A stretch of 64,000 nucleotides of DNA from an uncultured Planctomycetota bacterium (GTDB taxonomy: Bacteria > Planctomycetota > Planctomycetia > Gemmatales > Gemmataceae): assembly GCA_963849325.1 (NCBI GenBank), contig CAWKHF010000006.1:416001-480000 (forward strand). Direction: 5' to 3'. The notes under the pieces were generated by a model. That model had not been told where the DNA came from, ran no database searches, and was given only the letters and a program-made list of their open reading frames with translations. Of the stretch, positions 56,401 to 64,000 are shown in pieces. A program made the translations under genes and the position numbers. Each line of letters starts with the position of its first letter. Position 1 is the first letter of the stretch.

Positions 56401-57307
56401 AGCCCTGTTCCAACCGAGCAAGCAGTATCAATACGGTCTTTTCCTTTTGTCACAAAGCAGAGAGCAAAAGGAACGATTGCAACTGGCGTTGCAAGCCGAG
56501 GGCGCCCTGACTTGGCCGGATGAGTCCGACCCCAAAAGGGCATTTTCAACCTGGGTCCGTCAGGCCATCCAGCAGGGACCGAAAGGACATTGGTGGGCCA
56601 TCCTCGAAGTATACGCCCTGCACGCCCTGGCCGACGATCCCGCGATGGGCTTCGGCCTAGGTGACGTGGACGAACTGGCGCGGTTGCCGGTGGTCCGTTG
56701 CGGAGCGGCCAAGGATCTGTATGGCGGTGTCGAGCCGCCGGCGTCCCCCGCGGCGCGGACGGACTGGGAGCGAAACCGGAAGGCGATGGCGGACATCTTG
56801 CACGGACAAAGCCTGACGATCTATCGGCGCCGCGGCGATTTGGGCGATCCTATCGCCGACGTCATGGTCGCCGCCAAGGCGTCCATCGGCCAGTTCGGCG
56901 GCGCCCTGCGCCGGCTGGTGTACTCCGCGGACCATCTTCGACCCGAGGACATCCAAATGGCCCAATGTCTGACCGAGCAGGTCACGCAAAAGGCGCTGAG
57001 CGTCAAAGCGGGCAAGCCTCCGCTGTTGTACGCCGACTTCGAGCGGCAGCTGCGGCAACTGCTCAAACGGCAAGAGTTGAATGAATCCGAGCGGGAGAAA
57101 CTGCAAACGCTGCTGGCTGAGATCGGCAAGAAACTGGAGCCGGTCTGGACGGCTTTGGGTTCGTTGATGCCGAGCGAACCCAAAGCCTGGTTGGAATGGC
57201 TGCGGAAGCCGCACGAATTGGACGAACTCGTCGCGGCGAAGGGCGAGATTCGTCTGCCGCTGGACGATTTACGCTTACGCGCGTTCCTGTCGGAGCCTGA
57301 AGCGTAA
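53455..57307 (+). CDS. Minimal two-barrel RNA polymerase with beta- and beta'-like parts, probably one chain (frameshift near 55370)
   Basis: beta motifs RLLMAANMQAHAVP, GWNHEDAWVLS, GDKLANRHGHKGVV, RSNWGQ, QRLGEMEHWAL; beta' motifs PVLPACDRP, LGQRLPRSAR, RDPVLHR, ADFDGN, LRRLV, EQVTQ. Confidence 0.88.
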
Positions 57308-57342
57308 GCGAAGAAATCCCTTCGCTTACGCTTCAGGCTCGG
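57291..57342. repeat. REP-like palindrome overlapping the RNAP stop codon
   Basis: GAGCCTGAAGCGTAAGCGAAG...CTTCGCTTACGCTTCAGGCTC. Confidence 0.85.
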
Positions 57343-57355
57343 AAAGAGGACCTTG

Positions 57356-58186
57356 CTAGGCGAGTCCGTCGGGGGCGTTGCTGAAAGTGCCGTGGCCGAA
57401 GCGGATTTTCGGCGGCGTCACCTTGGTGCGGTGATCGGGGGCGGCGTTGCGGCCGGCAGCGTCCTGGCCGTGGAAGTAGTCCTTCTGCCAGCCATCGCCC
57501 CGGACTTCGCCCTGGGCTTTCTGCTGGTGAAACATGTTACGCGATTTCTGCCACTCCAGGTAAGAGTTGTACACCTCGGGGTTGTCGGCCAGGCGGTTGT
57601 AATTGATGGTGGCCCCTTCGAGGTCGGCGCAGACGTTGCTGATCAGGGGGACCGCCTGGAAGAGCGGCTCGCCGACGTTGTAACGAACCGGCTCATTGGG
57701 CCGCATGATCTTGTAATTCATCGTGAACGACATGCTGATCCAGTCGCTCTCGACCAGCGCGGTGAGCGGGTGCAAATTGTGCTTGAAGTAGTTGACCGGC
57801 CCGAGGATCAGCAAGCGCGAGCCGGGAGGATTGGTGCGGAAGAGGAACGGTGTGTTCCAGGTGATGATGCCCTCGCCGAACTGGTTGTTGATCCAGCCCA
57901 TCCAGAACTCGGGGGCCGCGTCGAACCAGAACTCGATGGTGCCCGGCTCCATCCGGCCGCGCCAGATGGCGGTGAAGCCGACCGGGTTGTTGATCCAGAA
58001 GCCCGTCTGGTTCATGATGGTCAGGGGCAGGCAGCGGTAGGCGTGGTGGCTGGGCGTGGCGTCCATCCATTCGCGCCGCCTCTCGGCCCAGCCCCAGTCC
58101 CAACCCGTGCCGTCGCGGCGGTGCTTCTTCAGCGTCTCATCGCCGGCAATTTGATAAATGTTGATCTCAAAAGGCGGTTGTGACAT
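57356..58186 (-). CDS. DUF6065 family protein
   Basis: RREWMD...AYRCLPL, QFGEGIITW, LVESDW, FTMNY, WQKDYF. Confidence 0.8.
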   Translation of the reverse strand: MSQPPFEINIYQIAGDETLKKHRRDGTGWDWGWAERRREWMDATPSHHAYRCLPLTIMNQTGFWINNPVGFTAIWRGRMEPGTIEFWFDAAPEFWMGWINNQFGEGIITWNTPFLFRTNPPGSRLLILGPVNYFKHNLHPLTALVESDWISMSFTMNYKIMRPNEPVRYNVGEPLFQAVPLISNVCADLEGATINYNRLADNPEVYNSYLEWQKSRNMFHQQKAQGEVRGDGWQKDYFHGQDAAGRNAAPDHRTKVTPPKIRFGHGTFSNAPDGLA

Positions 58187-58370
58187 GGCTGCTCCAGGAT
58201 CGGGACCGGCCCGATGCCATCGAGAGGGAATCGTACTCGATAGCAAGTGCGCGGCCGGCTGAGACGGATCTCCCCTCAATCCCTAGCAAACGTCCAAGGC
58301 TTCGTCAAGCGAACGCCGCCGCTTTTGCGGGGCCGGTCCCGAGCCGCTTGCGGCTTCGCGGCAACGGGTC

Positions 58371-60632
58371 TCAGGCCGGCGGCGCCAACAGGTAGTCGTC
58401 GTAGGCCGTGGGGCCGGAGCGAACGCCGTTGACGACGGTGCCCAGCAGAGGAATGCGCAAGGACGCCAGACGCTCGAAGGCGGCGGACACCAGCGGGAAC
58501 TGGCTCACGGTCGGCCGAACCGAGAGCAACACGCCGTCCACGCGCTTGCCCAAGAGCAGGGCGTCGGCCACCGGCAGCACCGGCGAGGAATCCAGCAGGA
58601 TGAAATCGAACTCCTTGCGGGCGTCCTCCAGGAGCTGGCGCATCTGGGGGAGGACCTGGGCGAAGTTGAGCTGGTGGGAATCCTCGCCGGCGGTGAGGAT
58701 GGACAGCCCGTCCAGGGGCCCTGGACGGACGGCCTCCGCCACGGTCGCCTGTCCGCTCAGCACTTCGCTCAGGCCCGGCCCGCGCGGCAGGTCGAAAGCC
58801 CGGTGCATCTGCGGCCGGCGCAGATCGCCGTCGATGAGCAGGGTTCGCCGTCCGGCGTGGGCCACGCTCACCGCCAGGTGACTGGCGAGGGTCGTCTTGC
58901 CCTCGCGGGCGACGGCGCTGGTGACCATCAGCACCCGGCCGGTTTGCTGCTCCTCGGCCTCGCACAGCAGCCGGGCGCGCAGATCGTCCACCGATGCCGT
59001 CAATCGCACCAACGAATCGGGGACCGGGCCGTCGCCACGCCGGGCCGCCGCGTTCACCCACGGCAACACACCGACCACCCGGCAACCCAGCACCTCGACC
59101 ATTTCCTCCTTGGTCCGGATACGATGGGCGCGGGCTTCCACGTAACAGACGCCGAACAGGCCGAGCAAAAGCCCCAGGCCGCCGGCGAGACCGACGATGC
59201 GAGCCTGCGCCACCACGTTCTTTTTCGACGGCACCTCGGCGGCGTGCAGCACACTGACGCGCTGCTTGCTCGATTGAAGCTCCACTTGCAGACGTTCCTT
59301 CTCTTCGCGCAACCGTTTGATGACCGCCTCTGCTTGCTCCAGTTCGCCGCGCTTCAGCTCCAGCTCGAAGGTGGCGATGCCGATGTTCTGCGCCTCCTTC
59401 AACACGCGATCCACCTCGGCCTGGAGCAGCTTCTCCTGCTGCCGCCACACTTCCAGATTTTCTCGGGACTGCTGGTCCTTCAGGTCCCGATCGCCGCGTA
59501 TCCGGTCCTGCACCTGCTTGCCCAGGCTGGTCCGCAGTCGGGTACGTATCTCCTCGCGGGCTTTTTCCAGCCCCTGCCGTTCCTTCTCATACCGCGCGCG
59601 CATCGGGTGCCCCGGCTCGGTCAACTCGACCAGCTGGCTGATGCGGCTGTCAAACTGGGCCAGCTCGACATTCTTCTGGATAACCAGCGGGTCGACCTCG
59701 ACGGCCTGCTCCAACGCCGCCTCCGACACCACCGTGCCGGGGTTGTCGCCGTTGGTCTTGCGCACGGCCAGCGCGATCTCGGTGCCGCGCAGCTGCGCCT
59801 GCAAGAGCGACAACTCTCGGCGCAGCGAGGCATATTCATCGAGGATCGCCTTCTGCTTGACGCCCAGCGCCTGGGTGTCGCTCGATTGCAGTCGCTGGGC
59901 CAGGTCGCGCAGGGCCGACCGCTGGCCGCGGATTTTGGCGTCCGAGGACAGGTAGACTTTTTCCACGTCCTCGAGCTGGGTGAGCTTCTTGTTGCGCTGG
60001 GCGTTGACCTCGCCCTCCATGTAGGCGTCCTTGACGGCGTTGACGAGGGCGGCCAGTTCGTTGGGGTTGGTGCCGTCGAGGGAGACGTGGAGGATATCGG
60101 TCTTTTCGAGGAAGACAACGTGGAGATGTTGTTCCAACCAGGCGGCGGGGTCCGGCTCGGTGCGAACGAGGTCGAGGTCGGCGACCTCTGGCCGCTGCAG
60201 GGCGGCCAGGAGGATGGGCCGGCTCTTGATGAGCGCCATCTGTGTATTCTCGAAGTAGCGATCGGCCGGGGTGGCCGGCACGCGCTGATCGGGGATCAGG
60301 GGCAGCGGCTCGGCTTCGGCGACGCGGAGCAGAGCGGAGGCCGTGTACTTGGCGGGGAACCAATACCAGGCGGCGACGGCGAACAGACCGAACAAGGTCC
60401 ATCCGGCGGCGAGGGCCAGCAGCCAGCGATGGCGAAACGCTTTCACGAGACTGCCCAGGCTCAGGGGCGAGGCGATGCCCGTGGCGACGGGTTGCATCCC
60501 GTCCGACTCTTCCACTTCCAGGATCGGCGGGCCGAGGGGTGTCGCGGGGCGCTCGCCGGGGCCGGCCGGCGAAGCGGGCAGGTTGGCATCGGCATACGTC
60601 ATCGGTACGCTGCCGGCATCCGAAGTCGCCAT
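58371..60632 (-). CDS. Polysaccharide biosynthesis tyrosine autokinase (Wzc-like)
   Basis: Two TM helices around a coiled coil; VTSAVAREGKTT, LIDGDLRRP, LDSSPVL, YDDY tail. Confidence 0.92.
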   Translation of the reverse strand: MATSDAGSVPMTYADANLPASPAGPGERPATPLGPPILEVEESDGMQPVATGIASPLSLGSLVKAFRHRWLLALAAGWTLFGLFAVAAWYWFPAKYTASALLRVAEAEPLPLIPDQRVPATPADRYFENTQMALIKSRPILLAALQRPEVADLDLVRTEPDPAAWLEQHLHVVFLEKTDILHVSLDGTNPNELAALVNAVKDAYMEGEVNAQRNKKLTQLEDVEKVYLSSDAKIRGQRSALRDLAQRLQSSDTQALGVKQKAILDEYASLRRELSLLQAQLRGTEIALAVRKTNGDNPGTVVSEAALEQAVEVDPLVIQKNVELAQFDSRISQLVELTEPGHPMRARYEKERQGLEKAREEIRTRLRTSLGKQVQDRIRGDRDLKDQQSRENLEVWRQQEKLLQAEVDRVLKEAQNIGIATFELELKRGELEQAEAVIKRLREEKERLQVELQSSKQRVSVLHAAEVPSKKNVVAQARIVGLAGGLGLLLGLFGVCYVEARAHRIRTKEEMVEVLGCRVVGVLPWVNAAARRGDGPVPDSLVRLTASVDDLRARLLCEAEEQQTGRVLMVTSAVAREGKTTLASHLAVSVAHAGRRTLLIDGDLRRPQMHRAFDLPRGPGLSEVLSGQATVAEAVRPGPLDGLSILTAGEDSHQLNFAQVLPQMRQLLEDARKEFDFILLDSSPVLPVADALLLGKRVDGVLLSVRPTVSQFPLVSAAFERLASLRIPLLGTVVNGVRSGPTAYDDYLLAPPA

Positions 60633-60717
60633 GAGGGGGACTCCTTCGAGGTTTGAGCAACCCTCTCCGTTCGGGGGTGTGTTTTTAGATGCCGACGCAC
60701 ACCAGGGGGTTCAAAAA

Positions 60718-60929
60718 GGGAATAGGGAATAGGGAATAGGGAACAGGGAAGAAGACCGGAACACGCTCCCAGCCTGTGTATCACTTACCCTATTCCCTAT
60801 TCCCTACGAATCTTTTCCCGGCAGGGAGCATCTAACTTTTGCATCGAACAAGGCATTCCTCCGGCGAGGCGCTGGGAGCGTGTGCTGGTCTTCTTCCCTA
60901 GTCCCTAGTCCCTATTCCCTATTCCCTAC
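60718..60929. repeat. 7-bp tandem repeats (GGGAATA)n / (CCCTATT)n forming an inverted pair in the wzc/wzm divergent region
   Basis: GGGAATA run at 60718-60750; CCCTATT runs near 60788-60807 and 60896-60929. Confidence 0.75.
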
Positions 60930-60947
60930 GGTAGTATGGCGGGGACC

Positions 60948-61838
60948 ATGGCGAGCAGTGTTCTCTCGGATAACCGATCGCGCCCGTCCGTCGCCGCCGT
61001 CGCCTGCGAAACGACGGCCGTGCCGGCCATCCGCATTCGGCCGCCGAGCGGCTGGGTGTCGCTGGGTCTGGGTCAGCTATGGGCTTACCGAGAGCTGCTC
61101 TATTTCCTCGTCTGGCGCGACATCAAGGTGCGTTACAAACAGACCGTTCTGGGTGCGGCCTGGGCCATCCTCCAGCCGTTGTTGACCATGCTGGTTTTCA
61201 GCCTCTTTTTCGGACGGCTGGCACGGGTCGCCTCCGACGAACTGCCTTACGCTCTGTTCTGTTTCGCCGCCCTGGTGCCGTGGACCTTCTTCGCCAACGG
61301 CCTGACGCAGTCCTCCAGCAGCCTCGTCGGCAGCGCCAACCTCATCACCAAGGTTTACTTCCCGCGGCTGACCCTGCCCATCGCCGGCGTCACCGCCGGT
61401 TTGGTGGACCTGGCCCTGGGACTGATCGTGTTGGCCGGCATGATGGCCTATTACCGCGTTGTCCCGACCGTCAACGTGCTCTGGGCGCCTTTGTTCTTGC
61501 TGCTGGCCCTGGTCACCTGCCTGGGAGCGGGACTGTGGTTGTCGGCCCTCAACGTCCAGTATCGGGACGTTCGCTTCGCGGTGCCGTTCCTGACGCAGCT
61601 GTGGATGTTCGTCACGCCCGTCGCCTACCCCAGCAGTCTGTTGTCGGAGCCGTGGCGGACCTTGTTTGGACTCAACCCCATGACGGGCGTCGTGGAGGGT
61701 CTGCGCTGGGCCTTGCTCGATGCCAAGACGGCCCCCGGGCCGACCATCGCTGTCTCGTCCGCCGCCGCCGCGATCCTGCTCGTCAGCGGAGCGTTCTGGT
61801 TCCGGCGCATGGAGAAGACGTTCGCGGACCTGGTTTAA
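60948..61838 (+). CDS. wzm: ABC-2 polysaccharide export permease
   Basis: YRELLYFLVWRDIKVRYKQTVLG, LITKVYFPR, LNPMTGVVEG. Confidence 0.93.
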   Translation: MASSVLSDNRSRPSVAAVACETTAVPAIRIRPPSGWVSLGLGQLWAYRELLYFLVWRDIKVRYKQTVLGAAWAILQPLLTMLVFSLFFGRLARVASDELPYALFCFAALVPWTFFANGLTQSSSSLVGSANLITKVYFPRLTLPIAGVTAGLVDLALGLIVLAGMMAYYRVVPTVNVLWAPLFLLLALVTCLGAGLWLSALNVQYRDVRFAVPFLTQLWMFVTPVAYPSSLLSEPWRTLFGLNPMTGVVEGLRWALLDAKTAPGPTIAVSSAAAAILLVSGAFWFRRMEKTFADLV

Positions 61839-61863
61839 GGGGGCGTCCAAACCAAAGTTCCCA

Positions 61864-61918
61864 GTTTAGCCGCGACGCGCAGCGGAGCAGCGCGCTCCGC
61901 TGCGCGTCGCGGCTAAAC
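61864..61918. repeat. REP-like palindrome (same family as 8137)
   Basis: GTTTAGCCGCGACGCGCAGCGGAG...CTCCGCTGCGCGTCGCGGCTAAAC. Confidence 0.85.
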
Positions 61919-61932
61919 GAGAGAGAGGGGCC

Positions 61933-63205
61933 ATGAGCGACCTGGCGATCCGCGCCGAGGGGTTGGGCAAGCGCTACGGCATCGGCGGCCCGGCCACGGG
62001 TTATCGCACGCTCCGCGAGAGCATCACCGAGGCGGCCAGGGCGTCGGCGCGGGCCTTGCGATGGCGGCGTCGGCCCAAGCCGGGCGGAAACGGCGACACG
62101 TTCTGGGCCTTGAAGGACGTTCTCGTTCGAGGTGCGCCGCGGCGAGGTGGTCGGTCTCATCGGCCGCAACGGCGCGGGCAAGAGCACGTTGTTGAAACTC
62201 CTCTCCCGCATCACCGAGCCGACCGAGGGGCAGGCCGACATTCACGGCCGCGTCGGTTCGCTGCTGGAGGTCGGCACCGGCTTTCATCCCGAGTTGACCG
62301 GCCGCGAGAACGTCTACCTCAACGGGGCCATTCTGGGCATGCGCCGCGACGAGGTCCGCCGCAAATTCGACGCCATCGTCGCCTTCGCCGAGGTGGAGCG
62401 GTTCATCGACACGCCGGTGAAGCGTTACTCCAGCGGCATGTATCTGCGGCTGGCCTTCGCCGTGGCGGCGCACCTGGAGCCGGAAGTCCTCATCGTCGAT
62501 GAGGTGCTGGCCGTCGGCGACGCGGCGTTTCAGAAGAAGTGCCTGGGTAAGATGGAGACCGTGGCCGGCGAGGGCCGAACGGTCCTGTTCGTCAGCCACG
62601 ACATGACCAACATCGCCGTGCTCTGTGGCCGGGTGCTGTTGCTGGAAGGCGGCCGGATCAAGACAGCAGGTCCGCCGGCCACCGTCATCGAGGAGTACGT
62701 GCGGCAGGGCGCGTCCGCCTGTCCGTCCGTGTCGTGGGAGTTGGACGCGGCCCCCGGCGACGAGCAGGCGCGGATCGTCGGCGTGCGGGCGGCGGGCCGG
62801 CTCGACGGCGGCGATTCGTTCGCCCTACAAGGGCCGGTGTCGCTGACCATCGAGTTCGTGGTCCTGGCTGGTGGGATGCGTCTCAACCCGGTTTTCCTCG
62901 TCAAGAACGCCCTGGGCACGACGCTGTTCTCGACGGCCAACTACGGCGAGCCGGAGTGGGGGACGCGGTCCTACGAACCCGGTCGCTACCGCGCCGAGTG
63001 CCGGGTGCCGGCCCATCTGCTCAACGAGGGCCGCTACACGGTGGACGTCCTGTTGGTTCAGGACATGCGCGCCGTTCGCGCCTCGGCGGTGGGCGCCGTG
63101 GCTTTCGGGGCTTACGACGACGGCACGACTCGCGGCGATTACGTCGGCGCCTGGGTCGGCCTCGTCCGCCCCAAGTGTGAGTGGATCACCCGAGTCCGAG
63201 CCTGA
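61933..63205 (+). CDS. wzt: Polysaccharide ABC transporter ATPase with Wzt C-terminal domain; frameshift near 62122
   Basis: [34 protein letters not shown]. Confidence 0.93.
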
Positions 63206-63266
63206 AGCGTAAGCGAAGGAACGGCAACCTTGGGTTGCCGTTCCTTCGCTTACGCTTCAGGCTCCG
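63196..63266. repeat. REP-like palindrome
   Basis: GAGCCTGAAGCGTAAGCGAAGGAACGGCAACC...GGTTGCCGTTCCTTCGCTTACGCTTCAGGCTC. Confidence 0.85.
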
Positions 63267-63289
63267 AAAGAACCTCCCTGGAGGTACCC

Positions 63290-64000
63290 TTGATCCCGGA
63301 GCGACTGGTCCCTGGTACGCTGGAGTGGCGAGCTGTACCACCATGAACACGAGCAGCGCTACCGTTTCTTCGCCGAGCGTTACGTGGGCCTCGACGTGCT
63401 CGACGCGGCGTGCGGCGTGGGCTACGGCTCCGCCCTCATCGCCCGCGCCGGCGCCAAGTCGGTGCTCGGCATCGACATCGACCCGCGGACCATCGCCTAC
63501 GCCGGCGAGCACTTCGCCCGCCCCCGCGTTGGCTTCACCGAGGTCGCCGCCGAGCAACTCACGCAGCTGGGTCGGACCTTCGACGTGGTGGTCAGCTTCG
63601 AGACGATCGAGCACCTGCATGAGCCGGCGCGCTTTCTCGCCGAGGTCCGCCGTGTCCTGCGGCCGGGCGGCCTCTTCATCTGCAGCACACCCAACCGCGA
63701 CTTCGCCGGCAAGGAGGAGAAGAACGCCAATCCCTACCATCTATCCGAGATGAGCTTCGCGGAGTTGATCGAGGCGTTCTCGTTGCACTTCGACATTGAG
63801 GAGCAGTATCACCAGTCGCACTCGGAAGGCTACCGCCGTCACCTGCAGCTGGTCGAAGAAGTGAACCGTCTGTCGCAACGAGTGCGCCACAGCAAACTGC
63901 TCGGTCTGGAGAACTGGCTGCGGCGGCTGCTGGGCAAGCAGCCGTGGCCGTTGGACCCCCTCGCCGACGACCTGTCGCGGGTCGTGCCGGGCGATTACGT
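63290..64000 (+). CDS. Class I SAM-dependent methyltransferase, runs past window end; frameshift near 63330
   Basis: ERLVPG...HEQRYRF, VLDAACGVGYGS, VSFETIEH, STPN, NPYHLSE. Confidence 0.88.

Noticed and set aside
53455-57307. Calling this the housekeeping rpoB/rpoC
   Set aside because: Less than half the normal size, strongly diverged motifs, and no rplL/rplJ/nusG/rpsL context.
60860-60885. Possible ops/JUMPstart element upstream of wzm
   Set aside because: GCTGGGAGCGTG is only a weak match to GGCGGTAGCGTG.

Overview
High-GC bacterial DNA with Planctomycetota (Gemmataceae-like) hallmarks: a DUF1559 prepilin, a PVC-type ThuA/membrane-bound dehydrogenase protein, DUF1080 and many intergenic REP-like hairpins. 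Many genes, including leuS, are broken by frameshifts, so the sequence looks like an unpolished long-read assembly. Most of the window is housekeeping, LPS and capsule genes. Two regions stand out. (1) 50641-57307 is a compact three-gene operon: an RtcR/CARF-like sigma54-type AAA+ activator without a DNA-binding HTH, a highly divergent sigma54-like protein, and a roughly 1280-aa minimal RNA polymerase with beta and beta' motifs apparently in one chain (DFDGD read as DFDGN). This looks like a self-contained accessory transcription system. (2) 24993-34791 holds two related, non-identical SWIM-finger/DDE transposons in tandem, separated and flanked by three copies of CCGCCATGC. Their ends carry several CAAWRCGTKGCA repeats, and they appear to interrupt an attC-like site after a toxin-antitoxin cassette. 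Cargo includes TA, methyltransferase, PIN and BRO genes plus an atypical tRNA. All family calls come from recognising motifs by eye; no searches were run.
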